Shown one piece after another: positions 1-12,229 of a stretch of 64,000 nucleotides of DNA. The translations under genes and the position numbers were made by a program. Below the pieces are notes generated by a model. It worked only from the letters and a program-made list of their open reading frames with translations, made no database searches and was not told the DNA's origin. How positions within the stretch are numbered: the first letter of the stretch is position 1; every line of letters begins with the position of its first letter. Source of the DNA: Octopus sinensis (taxonomy: Eukaryota); NCBI RefSeq assembly GCF_006345805.1, contig NC_043005.1, positions 109,368,001-109,432,000 on the forward strand, read 5' to 3'.

Positions 1-310
1 GTGGTTGTAGTGTTGGTAGTAGTACCAGTAAGAATGGGGTGTGTTGCTGCTGCACCTACTGCTGTTCTTGTCATTGCTGTTGTTGCTGTCATTGTTGTTA
101 GTGGCAGCACTGGTGAAGGTAGTGGTTGTGATGGTGGTGGTGGTGGTGGGGTTATGTCGAAGGTGGTGGTAGTAGTGGTAGTGAAGGTAGTGTTAGCAGT
201 GACAGTGGTGGTCGTCATCATCATCATTGTCATCATTCTCATCACTGTTCTAATGCTATAACTCATGGTAGTGGTAGAGGTGTTAATTCAAAGAGAGCTA
301 GTAGCAATAA

Positions 311-344
<34 letters not shown>

Positions 345-720
345 TGTAGTAGTAGTAGTCGTGGTCGTTGTCGTTGTCGTCGTAGTGGTAGTAGTGGTAG
401 TAGTAGTAGTCGTGGTTGTGGTCGTCATCGTTGTCGTAGTAGTAGTTGTTGTAGTAGTAGTAGTAGCAGTAGTAGTAGTAGTAGTAGTAATGGTCATGGT
501 CGTCGTCGTTGGCGTAGTAGTAGTAGTGGTCGTTGTCGTCGTCATCGTCGTCGTCGTCGTAGTAGTAGTAGTAGTAACAGCAGCAGCAGTAGTAGTCCTT
601 CTTGAAATTAAGGTTGATGTTGGGGCATTGTTTACTTGTAAAGGGTGTTTGCGAACACTGGTGTTCATTGCCCTAGCTGTAACAATACACAAATTATTAG
701 TGGCGGTGGTGGTGGTGGGA
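1..720. repeat. Degenerate trinucleotide microsatellite (GTA/GTC/GGT)n
   Basis: Runs of gtagtagta, gtcgtc and ggtggt; the poly-Val and poly-Thr ORFs are translations of this tract. Confidence 0.95.
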
Positions 721-1179
721 AGACGGCTGGCGGAGGGTGATGAGGTTTAATGGAGAGAAGTCGTGCATTTTTTATCATTTCTCTTATCGAAAAATTGTTA
801 ATGAGAATTCAATAACAGCATACAAGGATAATATAATGCATTCTTGTAGTTTTCTTTCAGGAGTTTTCTGCTATAAGACTGGCAAAAATCCCATACAATA
901 ATCTAGGGCACATTACCTGTGGGAATTCACTACCAACAACTTCAAACACTAACCAATACCAGCGCTGTTGAGGTTTTAATTGCACTGAATACTTCTGAGA
1001 CCAACATAGCAATCAGATTTGTGTCTGAAACTGGGAGAACATTAGTTTAAAATTAGGTTTTAACCTATATTCAATCAACTTGAATATGTCTCAAAGTCAG
1101 AACTGGTGAAGATTAACTCTTTGGCAATGGAAGGTAAGAAATAATAAAAGAAACGCCTACCCAATCTCTAACCACTCCC

Positions 1180-1306
1180 CCCACACACACACACTTACTT
1201 GTACACATATATACATTATATATATATATATATATTTATTTATTTATATATACACACATACATATATATATATGTACATATATGCATACACATATATGTA
1301 CATATA

Positions 1307-1344
<38 letters not shown>

Positions 1345-1386
1345 TATACATACATATATAAATATGTATATGTATGTGTATATATA

Positions 1387-1435
<49 letters not shown>

Positions 1436-1812
1436 TATACTTATACATATATATATACATATACATATATAGATATATATATATACATATATACATATAT
1501 ATAATATACACACATTTATACACACAAATGCACACATGCATACATACACACATACATGCATACAAACATACATACATACATACATACATACATGCATACA
1601 AACATACATACATACATACAAATATACATACATACATACATACATACATACATACATACATACATACATGCATACATACATACATACATACATACATACA
1701 TACATGCATGCATGCATGCATGCATATCAGTGCCTGTATTCACTACAAAACATGATGATATCACATTCTGTTTGCTTCTGATTAAATTGGCTGAAAAATA
1801 ACAATGAAAGAA

Positions 1813-1856
<44 letters not shown>

Positions 1857-1865
1857 GAGAGATAA
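1180..1865. repeat. Compound (CA)n/(TA)n/(TACA)n/(GA)n microsatellite block
   Basis: Directly visible di- and tetranucleotide runs. Confidence 0.95.
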
Positions 1866-2464
1866 AGATATTGAAAAACACAAACACAAACATCATGAAA
1901 AGAAGAAAGAGAATGAAAGAAAGAAATTATAAAAAAAAAAAAAAGAAAATTTCTTTAGGTTTGTTCATTGTTTTGTTGTTGTTGTTGTATTCTTCCTTGT
2001 ATTTCTTTGGGCTATTGTCATAGTTCGGGGTACAAGGGTAGAATGGGGTAATAGAGTTATCAGCTTGTTTCAGCCTATGAGAAGATAGTGTATTTGATAT
2101 GGTCACCGAGGTGACAGAATCGTGATGTAGAGAGAAAGGTTATAAAGGGAGAAAATGACTGCCAGCTGTAGCAATTTCTTTATATTTGGGGACAAAGAGG
2201 ATGATTAACAGAGAGAAAGAGAGAGAAAGAGGGAGTAAGAGATGAGCCGGAAGAAAAAAAGGGGTTTTATGTTTTTATCGTGAAACACTTCTGAGAAATG
2301 TTTCAAACATTGGAATTATAACAGGGATATCATCATCATCATCATCATCATCATCATCGTTATCATCGTCATCATTATTTCCATGTTTGCAAGGGTTAGA
2401 TACACACACATATTTGTGTGTGTGTGTGTGTTTGAGTACATGTGCATGCATGTATGTATCTCCA

Positions 2465-2599
2465 AGCAATGACTGAGCAGTGGTATATGTTCTGGCTTTC
2501 TACGTTCTGAGTTCAAATTCCATTGAGGTTTGCTTTACCATTTATTCTTAAAGGTCAATAAATGAAGACCAAGTTAACCTGTCAAGTGATTGATATCAA

Positions 2600-2600
<1 letters not shown>
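2465..2600 (+). mobile_element. Degenerate partial SINE, family M
   Basis: tacgttctgagttcaaattcc followed by a decayed ttcatcct..ggtcaataaa..aagtacc block shared with the intact copy at 20594. Confidence 0.45.
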
Positions 2601-2640
<40 letters not shown>

Positions 2641-2701
2641 CAGAATTACATTAGAGGAAAGAGGACGGGAAGGCTTCACCTGGTGTTCTTTTCTGCAGAC
2701 T

Positions 2702-3018
2702 GTGAAGGACCATGGCTCAATGGTTAGAGTGTCAAGCTTACAATCATGAGGTAGTGAGTTTGATTCCCGGACCGAGCAGTGTTGTGTTCTTGAGCAAGAA
2801 ACTTCATTTCATGTAGCTCCAGTTCATTCAGCTGTAGAAAAGAGTTGCAACATCAATGGCACCAAGCTGTATTGGCCTTTGCCTTTCCCCTGGATAACAT
2901 CGGTGGTGTAGAGAAGAGAAGGGATGCTTGGGCGACTGCTGGTCTTCCATAAACAACCTTGCACAGAGATGTACCTTGGAGGGAACTTTTTTTAGGTGAC
3001 CGAAGGGGGTCTTTATCC
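2702..3018 (+). mobile_element. tRNA-derived SINE, family B
   Basis: A-box-like tggctcaatgg and decayed B box; body cttgagcaagaaacttcatttc..ctccagttcattcagctgtagaaa and tail gggcgactgctggtcttccataaacaacc..gaccgaagggggtc match the minus-strand copy at 11831-12170. Confidence 0.8.
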
Positions 3019-3199
3019 TTTACTTTCTGCAGAAATGGAGAAGGGCTGAGTGAGAGTCTAAAAGGTTTTTTTGCTTACTGATTTATAACTAGAATTCTCT
3101 GTGGATGTTCTGAGCACAGTATTTTATCGATAGCAACAATAATTGTCCCTGAATTAGGTACAGGGCCAGAAATCTGCAAGGTCAGGTAAATCAGTTATA

Positions 3200-3358
3200 T
3201 GGACACCAGTACACTTTATTATATCGACTCTGGAAGAATAAAAGGCAAAGTTGGTCACAGTGGGGTTTGAACTCAGAATGTAAAGGGTTGTAACTAAATA
3301 CTGCAGGCCATTTTCTCCCATAGTCAAATGATTCTGCCAATACACCACTCTTTCCAAT
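3200..3358 (-). mobile_element. Degenerate SINE, family M
   Basis: atcgactctggaagaataaaaggcaaagttgg..tttgaactcagaatgtaa is the reverse complement of the family M core. Confidence 0.55.
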
Positions 3359-3553
3359 CAAAAGTAATTTCTGTAGATGGTGATATGTGTATTTTGGGGG
3401 GGGGGTAGGAAGAGAGAGAGAATGTGTGTGTATGTGTGTGAGCAAATATGTGTATGCTTAGTTAACATATATTTTAGTCTCTCGGCTGGGTAAAACAAAT
3501 GGTTTCCTCTGTGCCAGTGATAAAATTCCAAATCACTCTAGTTTTGATATTTA

Positions 3554-3900
3554 TTGACACTTCATCAGAAATTGGTTTCGCTTTCCTGTCGAAAACTTAC
3601 TCTCCAATGTTTAATTTACAAAGTTTTGCTATTGATGCAGTTTAGCCTCAGGCCTATCCTGCTTGAGCAGACCTATGGTCAAGCCATTCTTTTCATGACT
3701 ACCCTATCTTCCTTTCAGAAATACATTATACATTTATTTATTCTTAATCCAATAGGACAGAGTATAAACTTACCTTCTGTTTTTTCAGAGATGATAAAGT
3801 ACCAACTAAGATAGTGGATTAGATGGGCAGGATTGTTAGAATGTTGTATTCAGTAAGATGTTTTGTGGTTCAAATTGCATCTAGTTACGAATGTCCAGGG
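3554..3900 (+). mobile_element. Decayed RTE-clade LINE, C-terminal ORF region
   Basis: Frame reads ..NLPSVFSEMIKYQLR*WIRWAG, then VRM and KMFCG after frameshifts; resembles the RTE LPS..QLRWAGHVxRM..K.LFYGEL stretch (family knowledge, not a search). Confidence 0.5.
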
Positions 3901-4885
3901 ATAATCCCTTGATCCTGTGAGCACACTGTTCAACCAACAATTTACCAGAATGTACAAATAATCCAACAAACAAGCAACATCTATATTAATGAAGGTGAAA
4001 TTCTGTCAGTCCGGGACCACTGAATCTCAGTCTGCATTTGCTATACATAGACATATAATACCTTTTTGGAATCAGGATGATCCAAGGATTGAATATCTGC
4101 CCTTCATTTGGTTCTTGAACATCCCACACTGGGATCTGATTTAAAAGCATCTGGATTGTTATTTTTAGCAGGTAAAGCTTGGCTGATTCCCACCATCTTG
4201 GTTGGCATTTGTCAGATGATGTCAGAGATCAAGAGGGAGATAAAGGACATTTGCTTCATTCATTTTATGTTGAATTAAGAACTTTGGGACAATTTGGCCA
4301 ATAGTTGGAATTCATCTCAGGACTGGAACAATAGAGTGATTGCATTACAGAATTAATTCTCCTCAATTCTTAACCTCTGATCAAACGCCACTCAGGCATA
4401 TTGTCATTATAGATGTATTACAGTCATGCTGTTTAACGCTCTTTAATTTTGGGCCACAAGTCCAATTAGCCCTCGACTGGAGGTAGCATAAAAGCCCGCA
4501 TGGAGTGCTGCTTTTAAGCTTGTAGAGAATAAAGGAACTGTGAATAAAAGACTTGAATGCATTATACAATCAAAACATCATGCTTATTTAGATGAGCAGA
4601 AACTATTGGAGTAACAGTGGAATTAGACACAGAAGGAAACATAGTGATTTAGCAGGCAACTGCATGTAAGGAATTGGCGTGCGTTTATCTGTATATGTGT
4701 GTTTGTGTGTGGGTGCACACAAGTGTGTGTAGAATTGTTATTTCTCTTCCCAATATATCGAAGCTCCACATGCCAGACTGAGCCACCGAATTACAGAATT
4801 TATGTTAAAGATTGGTGTATCAACAATAGAGCTATGTCATTCTATGGTACACAGTTTATGAGTAAGTGACTGTCATCCTCTTCAT

Positions 4886-5345
4886 TATCATCATCGTCGT
4901 TAAACATCCACTTTCCATGCTAGCATGGGTTGGATGACTTGACCAAGGACTGGCAAACCAGATGGCTGCACCAGGCTCCAATCTGATCTGGCAGAGTTTC
5001 TACAGCTGGATGCCCTTCCTAACGCCAACCACTCCAAGGGTGTAGTGGGTGCTTTTATGTGCCACCGGCATGAAGGCCAGTCAGGTGGACTTCGCAGCAA
5101 CCATGCTCAAATGGTGCTTTTTACGTGCCACCGGCATGGAAGCCAGTTTGCTGCTCTGGCAATGCTCACACTTGAATGCCAATCATTGAATTTGATTTCG
5201 ATTTCGATTTCACTTTCCAGTTGGCTGGTTACATCCCTGGTATAGGCTATGAGGTTATGGTCTCACTTGGCTTGCTGGGTCTTCTCAAGCACAGGATATT
5301 TCCAAAGGTCCCGGTCACTAGTCATTGCCTCGGTGAGGCCAGTCA
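4886..5345 (-). mobile_element. 5'-truncated RTE-type LINE 3' end (ORF C-terminus, 3' UTR, (GAT)n tail)
   Basis: Minus strand 5215-5345 reads GLTEAMTSDRDLWKYPVLEKTQQAK*; it continues through ggtggcacgtaaaaagcacc-type repeats, ggcgttaggaagggcatccagctgtagaaac and acccatgctagcatggaaagtggatgtttaacgacgatgatg. Confidence 0.8.
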
Positions 5346-5419
5346 TTTTGTATGTACATTAAGGTTTGGACTAACCACGTCTGTCATATACATATGGTAT
5401 ATAAGTGTAGTGAGGGTGG

Positions 5420-5742
5420 GTCGTTGTTGTGGGTGATGATGGCAGGGAATTTTGGTGATTCATTCTTGGTATCAGAATCATAATTGTAGCCTTTGCTTTC
5501 ATCGCCATAATCATAATCAAGTTATCGTAATCAGCTTCCTCCCTCTTCCTCCTCCTCCTTCTATCTAGCCACCTGCTCGACATCATGATCATCATCATCA
5601 TCATCACCAGTGTCATCATCATCATCATCGTCGTCGTCATCATCATCATCATTATCCCCACCACCACTGTCATCATCATCATCATCATCACCCTCATCAT
5701 CATTTCAGCAGCAGCAGCAGCTGCAGTGCTATAACTATAAAT

Positions 5743-5777
<35 letters not shown>

Positions 5778-5895
5778 TGTCAGCAGCATTACCATCATCA
5801 TTACGAACACTATTAACATCATTCTTAACATCATCATTACTACCACCACCACCAATACCACCACCACCATCGTCATCATCATCATCACAATAGTG
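5420..5895. repeat. Degenerate (CAT/CAC/CAG)n microsatellite
   Basis: Trinucleotide runs; the Asp/Gly-looking minus frame contains several stops. Confidence 0.9.
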
Positions 5896-6859
5896 TCTGC
5901 CACCGCTCCTTCTCCAGCTTTGTTACAAAAACATTTCTCCAGCTCAGTAAATGGGAGATGTTACCTTGATGGTAACAGTCACAACAATATTGTCAACAAC
6001 GGTCATGCTACCATAGCAACTGTTTCACCCATTAACCTCCATTCAGGAAACTCCTACTTTATGTGGTGATGGTCATAATGGAGAGGTTTTGAAATGTTAT
6101 TTTGTTTTTTTGTTGGAGGAGCAGAAAATGTCAGGCACAGGATGAAAAATGTCACTCCGCCTCCACTGCCACCGTCACCACTACCCCTCTTTCTCCTCCT
6201 CCTCCTCCTCATACTACTACTACTACTACTACTACTACTATTATCTTTTGGTGTTGTTTTGTATTCATGATATCACTTCACTTTTATCAACTCTCTCTTC
6301 CCTGCTCTCCCTACCAACATAATTTCTGTGAAGATTATATATACATATATATACATATGTATATACTGGAGTAAACACATAAATGTGAAACAATGTATAT
6401 ATACATATATCTCTATATACATATATCTCTATATACATATCTCTATATACATATTTCTATATACATATATCTTTATATATATATGCATACTCTCACACAC
6501 ACACACTCACACACACACAGCACTTACAGATCCCTGTCAAAACCTTTACATTCATCAACCTTTCTCTACCCTACTAGACATCTTTTTGCATTCCCCTCTT
6601 GGGGAATGTGAAAAAAATTTTATGAGGAGTAAAGGACCATTTCTTTCTCTCTCCTTTTCCATCTCCTTCTCCAACCCTCTTCCTTCACCTTTTCCTGCCA
6701 TTCCATTTCAACCCATCCCTCATATTTACACCCTGTCCCCTTGCTCTGACCTCACTAATACAACAAACCTTTTAACTATTCAACACTCATCAATCATTAT
6801 GTTATATTTGTAAAAACATGATTTATTCCTAAAGAGGACATTACAATTTATTCTTCAGT

Positions 6860-7180
6860 CTAGAAATAACTTGGTTCCTGGTTCAAATCCATCCACAGAG
6901 AATCTTCTTCAAGCAGCTTCAACCAAAATGCATCTGAATGATGAACCAGGAATTTGCCTCCCATTAGAATTGGAAGATCTTCAGATTTATCTTGTGTCTT
7001 TGCCAATAACATCAATGAGTAGAAGTGAACTTGGTCCACTCTTAGAATGCTAAAGTCTGATACAGCATGTTGTTCCTTCATGAAGACTGCAGCGGCCACC
7101 AAAGAACACTCTGCATTGAGCAATATTTGTTGATATTGGTGCAATTTGTCCACAAATATCCTCTTAGGTTTTGTTCTCAC
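6860..7180 (-). pseudogene. Possible decayed LINE apurinic-endonuclease fragment
   Basis: 106-aa non-repetitive ORF containing HFYSLMLLAKTQDKSEDLPILMGGKFLVHHSDAF, loosely like RTE APE FY..L....K....L.I.GDFNGHVG..D.F; the catalytic GDFN is not intact. Confidence 0.3.
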
Positions 7181-7204
7181 AAATGAAAGGTTTTAAACTT
7201 TTAC

Positions 7205-7920
7205 AAGAAAGTAGCTTGCTTACGAACGACATGGTTCTGGGTTCAGTCCCACTGTGTGGCACCTTGGACAAGTGTCTTCTACTATAGCCTCGGGTCAACC
7301 AAAGCCTTGTGAGTGGATTTGGTAGACGGAAACTGAAAGAAGCCTGTTGTATATCATCGTCGTCGTTTAAGGTCCGTTTTCCATGCTAGCATGGGTTGGA
7401 TGGTTTGACCAGGGTCTGGTAAGCCAGGAGGCTGCACCAGGCTACAGCTGGATGCCCTTCCTAACGCCAACCAGTCCATGAGTGTAGTGGGTGCTTTTTA
7501 CATGCCACCGGCACAGGTGCCAGGTGAGGCTGGCAGTGGCCACGATCGGTTGGTGCTTTTTACATGCCACCGGCACGGAAGCCAGTCGAGGCGGCACTGG
7601 CAACGGCCATGTTCGGATGGTGCTTTTTATGTGCCACTGGCACTGGTATCACAACTACAATTTCCATTGATTTTTTTATATATATGTATGAGTGTGTATA
7701 TTTTTGTGTGTCTATGTTTGTCCCCACAACATCGCTTGACAACCGATAGTGGTGTGCTTATGTCCTCGTAACTTAGCAGTTTGGCAAAAGAGACCGATCA
7801 AATAAGTACTAGGCTTTCAAAGAATAAGTCCTGGGGTCAATTTGCTCGACTAAAGGCGATGCTCCAGCGTGGCCACAATCAAATGACTGAAACAAGTAAA
7901 AGAGTAAAAGAGCAAAAGAG
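7205..7920 (+). mobile_element. tRNA-derived SINE, family A, split by a LINE 3' end insertion
   Basis: Head ggttctgggttcagtcccactgtgtggcaccttggacaagtgtcttctactatagcc at 7205-7354; tail cttgacaaccgat..ctccagcgtggcc..caaatgactgaaacaagtaaaagagtaaaagag at 7680-7920. Confidence 0.85.
7355..7665 (-). mobile_element. RTE-type LINE 3' UTR copy nested in a SINE
   Basis: catcgtcgtcgtttaaggtccgttttccatgctagcatgggttgg tail plus three ggtgcttttta(c/t)(a/g)tgccac motifs. Confidence 0.8.
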
Positions 7921-8103
7921 ATTGAAGTATTTATCATGAAGACAACTTAGAGCTCTTTCTTCATAACCCAGGTTTGAACTCCATAGAAAAGACTGTTCTC
8001 TAAACATGCTTTGAAGGAGGTAAGTCATGTGAACATTGAAATATTTAATATTTTAAAGCATGTTACCAGCATTTTTTTTGCATGTAAAAAATATTTCTTA
8101 TTG

Positions 8104-8364
8104 ATACCACCTGTATCATCTCTTGTGAAAGGTAGAAGAGTCCAGTTTGCTAAACATTGTTGTAGAGCTGAAAACAAGGTAATTTCTACTCTTCTCCTCT
8201 GCTCGCGATACCAGAGGGCGCACACTCTCCTACCCTGATGTAATCTCCAGGGATACGGGCATCCAGCAACAGGACCTTCCTAATGCTATGATGGACTGTG
8301 AAGTCTGGCGTAGCATGGTAAATTCCATTGTCTTGACCACGGTCGAGCAATGATGATGATGATG
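8104..8364 (+). mobile_element. RTE-X-like LINE 3' end
   Basis: IPPVSSLVKGRRVQFAKHCCRAENKVISTLLL, then after a shift SYPDVISRDTGIQQQDLPNAMMDCEVWRSMVNSIV, ending in (TGA)n/(GAT)n; typical RTE-X C-terminus and tail. Confidence 0.85.
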
Positions 8365-8439
8365 TTCGAGATGAAAGCTGTGTCTGCTGGTGGCTCTAAA
8401 TTGAATGAATCAGAATATAAAACAATTATAGTTTTTTTT

Positions 8440-8955
8440 TTTGTTTGTTACTTGTTTCATTCATTAGACTGCATTCAGTCTGTGGCACCACCTTGAAGAA
8501 TTTTGGTTGAATGAATCAAACTCAGTACTTATTTTTTCATTTATTAAACATGCTGCTTATTCTATCAGTCTCTCTTGCTGAACTGCTAAGCTATGGGGTT
8601 GTAAACATGCCAACACCAGTATTATAACAGAGGAGGAGGGGGATAAACACAAAAACAAAGATGCACACCTACTCTCTCACACACATAGATTCTCACACAC
8701 ACCCTCTCATACATCCCCTCTCTCTCTCTCATACACACTCTCTCTCTCTCGCTCTCTTTCACACACTATCACACACACACATATATGTATTTGACAGGCT
8801 TGTTACGGTTTCTGTCTACCAAATCTACTCACAAGGTTTTGGTTAGCCTGAGGCTATAGTAAAAGGCACTTGCTCAAGGTGCCATGCAATAAGACTAACC
8901 CAGAACCACGTGGTTGGGAAGCCAAGTTCTTACCTTACAGTCACATTTGCTCCTA
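8440..8955 (-). mobile_element. Older SINE, family A
   Basis: Reverse complement of the family A head (ctgtctaccaaatctactcacaagg..ggctatagtaaaaggcacttgctcaaggtgcc) and tail (tacttgtttcattcatt), with an internal (CA)/(CT) tract. Confidence 0.7.
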
Positions 8956-9209
8956 CACTTGGGTTAAAAATTCCTATATTAGTTGACTAACCTGCAAAGT
9001 TATATATCTAACAATAACTCAGCATGTATGCAGATAAAACTATGTAGTTCAAAAGTTTTTTTCTCAAAGATGTAAATTTTTAGGTTTGATTCTACCACTG
9101 CGCAGTACTTTAGACAAGAACCTTTTACTATTTTAAGTAAATTAAAGTAACGAGAATGGAATACACTGGACAGATGGAATAAATTGGACAGAATGGAATC
9201 CTGTTAAAG

Positions 9210-9537
9210 CAGGGGTTCTTAACCATTTTTTTTTTAATCTATGGACCCCTTTTGAATACTATTTTATTCTGGTGGATTCCCATAATCATTCGATGTTTAA
9301 AAACTAATTTTATAGAATATTATTTATTAATATTTTCCCCCACATTAATTTGTGTACATTGAACTTTGTAAAATATTACAGAAATAAATCTAGCTGTTTC
9401 TTGCAATACATACGAATATCTATGTCTAAAGCCAAAATTTTTTCAGGACCCTTAAAATACTATTGTGGATCCCCAGCTTACTATTTTGTTATGTGGACCC
9501 CCAAAAATCTGATGTGAGCCCTGGTTGAGAATCACTG
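9210..9537. mobile_element. hAT (Charlie-like) MITE
   Basis: TIRs CAGGGGTTCTTAACC and GGTTGAGAATCACTG; 8-bp TSD tgttaaag (9202-9209) / tgttagag (9538-9545). Confidence 0.8.
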
Positions 9538-9544
9538 TGTTAGA

Positions 9545-10290
9545 GGGACCATACTAGATATTTTGGAGAGCTTTCAGCATGAGGACTTAGGTCAATTTCA
9601 GAAATACTAGGCAAGGCAGTGATAATGGTTTAAGGTAAAACCTACAGCAAACAAAAGTATAGTCTTTTGGACTTGTCCAAGGAGGGCACAAACTGATGAA
9701 CCCGATTTGTATGCACTCATTCATTCTCCAAGCAACAATGTTGGCATTTATGCTGGATGGCAGTTGCTACATTGACAAATCTGATTCTCAGTCAAGTCCA
9801 TTGTGTGAATCACTGTATCACCTCTTTTCAGCCAAGAGGAGCGGAGGATTTTCCTTTGTCTGGTAGCTTTGAAAGAGTCGGTATATGGGGGACAAGAATG
9901 AAAGGACCAAAGATGGACATATTTCTCTTTGGAATATACATCATCTTTTTCAAGTTCCATTTGGAAAGGAATATAAAAATGGTGAGAGAGATGCTACTCT
10001 TCAGTGAACTAGCTAAAAGATAGGTGAGATCGGCAAGAATGGCCCTTCTCAAATGAGACCACTATGCCACTGAAGACAGCTGGGTGAGAACACTCTCTTT
10101 AGTAATCAGGTTAATACTGAATCTGCAGGCGCCCTTGATAGGGCCCTAGGTTGCATTCTCTGTCTCTATTGGAGTGTCTCATGCCATCCTATTGGCTTCT
10201 GTGCCAGTATTTTCATAATCGATTCAGGAAAATCCATACCATTCTTGTAATTTGCAATGTCCCCTTATTTGTTGCCATTCTCACAAATAA
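9545..10290 (+). mobile_element. Tx1/L1-clade LINE 3' end relic (zinc-knuckle region, C-terminus, probable 3' UTR)
   Basis: TCPRRAQTDEPDLYALIHSP (decayed CPRC..DET..HA...C knuckle) and GIWGTRMKGPKMDIFLFGIYIIFFKFHLERNIKMVREMLLFSELAKR*VRSARMA resemble the mollusc Tx1 C-terminus. Confidence 0.7.
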
Positions 10291-10389
10291 TATAAAACCT
10301 CCTTCTCCTCTCCCTCATCATCATCATAATCATAAATATTATCATCATCATCATCATTATTATTATCTCTAAAATCTACATCATTTTCA

Positions 10390-10682
10390 GAAACTTTGCT
10401 TTTACACATACACACACGTGTCTGTATGTATGTATGCATGTATGTATATACATATGAATGTATCTATATATATACACACACACACATATATATATATACA
10501 TACACCTACACATATACACTTACACATACATGTACACATACATGCAAAAAAGTTTGTTTAATATACATAGATAGTTGATAGATTGACAGTCACATAAACC
10601 TACACAAACGAACCTTTTAAATGATTTACCTCTTTCTAATCTACACACATAAATGTCTGTGGGTGTTAGCTCTCACTTTTTG

Positions 10683-10719
<37 letters not shown>

Positions 10720-10833
10720 GAAAGAAAGAGAGAAAGAACGAAAAACAGAGATATAAGTACAAAGATATTTGAACACACACACACACACACACACACTCAC
10801 ACACACTAACACACACACTCACACACACACACA

Positions 10834-10870
<37 letters not shown>

Positions 10871-10920
10871 ACACTAACACACACACTCACACACACACAC
10901 ACTCACACACACACACACAC
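10390..10920. repeat. (TA)n/(TG)n/(CA)n microsatellites, including a duplicated CA-rich unit of about 68 bp
   Basis: cacactcacacacactaacacacacactcac occurs twice in 10790-10910. Confidence 0.9.
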
Positions 10921-11618
10921 AGAGTCCGTAACATCCTAACATGAACATAATGAAGACTGTCTCTTCTAGTCTCTTCAGAATTCTACACAGGTTTTTCTAG
11001 TAAATTATCTTTGCATATAATCCTCTTCTCCTCCATTTTCTCCCCCTCTTTTCCCCCTCTCTTCCCCTCTCTCTCACCCTCTCACTCTCTCCTTCTTTCC
11101 TTCTTCTCACTTGTCGGTAATACCTGTTGTCAGAAACTACTACTACACAAAAAAAAAAAAAAGAAAGGAACCCCCACCCCCCGTCCCCTGCTCCATCCAC
11201 CCTTACCTGACACAGCCACTGAAAACCAATTTCTTCATCAGCTAATCATAAAGCCTCGGCTCTCCAAACTCATCACTCATCTAAATTATTATCTCAGCCA
11301 ACGTTTCTTTCCCGTCTTTTTCTCCAGTCTCCTTGTTGCATATAAAAAGCTGCATTATTGATCATCACTATTATAAATATCCTATAACTCTTGCCTCTGT
11401 TTTACTAATTACCCTTAATTCCTAATGTCCGTTCGTCCACTTGACCTAACCTCGCTGCTGCTCTTTTAACTCTTCCAAAATATTTGTCCTGTCAATAATT
11501 AAAGATTTTCAAACTATTCATCTTTTGTCTGTTGCCTTCCAGACATTCCGATCTGGTTTCATTTCACATCGCCAACATGTGAGATTGCAAAATATTTACA
11601 CATGCGTATGTATGTGGA

Positions 11619-11671
<53 letters not shown>

Positions 11672-11830
11672 GCATATATATATATACATATATATATGCA
11701 TATATATACATATATATATGCATATATATATATACATATATATATGCATATATATATGCATATATATATATATACATACATATATATATACACATATATA
11801 TATACATATACATATATATATATATACACA

Positions 11831-12170
11831 GGTAAAAGACCCCCTTCGGTCATGAGTGACCATGGGATTGCACCTAGAAAGTTACCCTCCTAGTCACAAG
11901 TCCGGGCAAGGTTGTTTATGGAAGACCAGCAGTCGCCCATGCATACCAGCCTCCCCTCTCCACACCACCAGTGTTATCCAAGGGAAAGACAAAGGTCGAT
12001 ACAGCTTGGCACCTGTGACGTCGCAACTCATTTCTACAGCTGAGTGAACTGGAGCAACGTGAAATAAAGTGCCTTGCTCGAGAACACAACACGCAGCCCG
12101 GTCCGGGATTCGAGCTCACAACCTCACGATCGTAAGCTCGACGCTCTAACCACTGAGCCATGCGCCTTCA
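11831..12170 (-). mobile_element. Young tRNA-derived SINE, family B
   Basis: Minus strand gtgaaggcgcatggctcagtggttagagcgtcgagcttacgatcgtgaggttgtgagctcgaatcccgg: A box TGGCTCAGTGG, B-box-like GCTCGAATCC, TAC anticodon-like loop; then a non-tRNA body; embedded in (TA)n. Confidence 0.9.
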
Positions 12171-12229
12171 CCTATATATATATATATATATACATATATA
12201 CCTACATACCTACGTACATATATATATAT

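Noticed and set aside
861-1131. Exon bounded by ttttctttcag and AAG|gtaaga
   Set aside because: All three frames between the sites contain stops.
6859-7053. Plus-strand exon SRNNLVPGSNP..LLEC* after a tttattcttcag acceptor
   Set aside because: No recognisable protein or partner exon; the overlapping minus ORF has an equally plausible LINE-endonuclease explanation.
11855-11970. HDV-like or twister-like ribozyme fold in the family B SINE tail
   Set aside because: Some pairings exist on the minus strand (CATGGG/CCCATG, GAC/GTC, TGTGGAG/TTCCATA, followed by GCAA), but L3 is 5 nt without the CC and there is no GG for P1.1. The twister resemblance (gcccgga..gaggg) has wrong spacing.
12095-12170. 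tRNA-Val(TAC)-like gene, and similar heads at 29340-29413 and 41610-41680
   Set aside because: These are SINE heads: the acceptor stem is incomplete and they run straight into SINE bodies.
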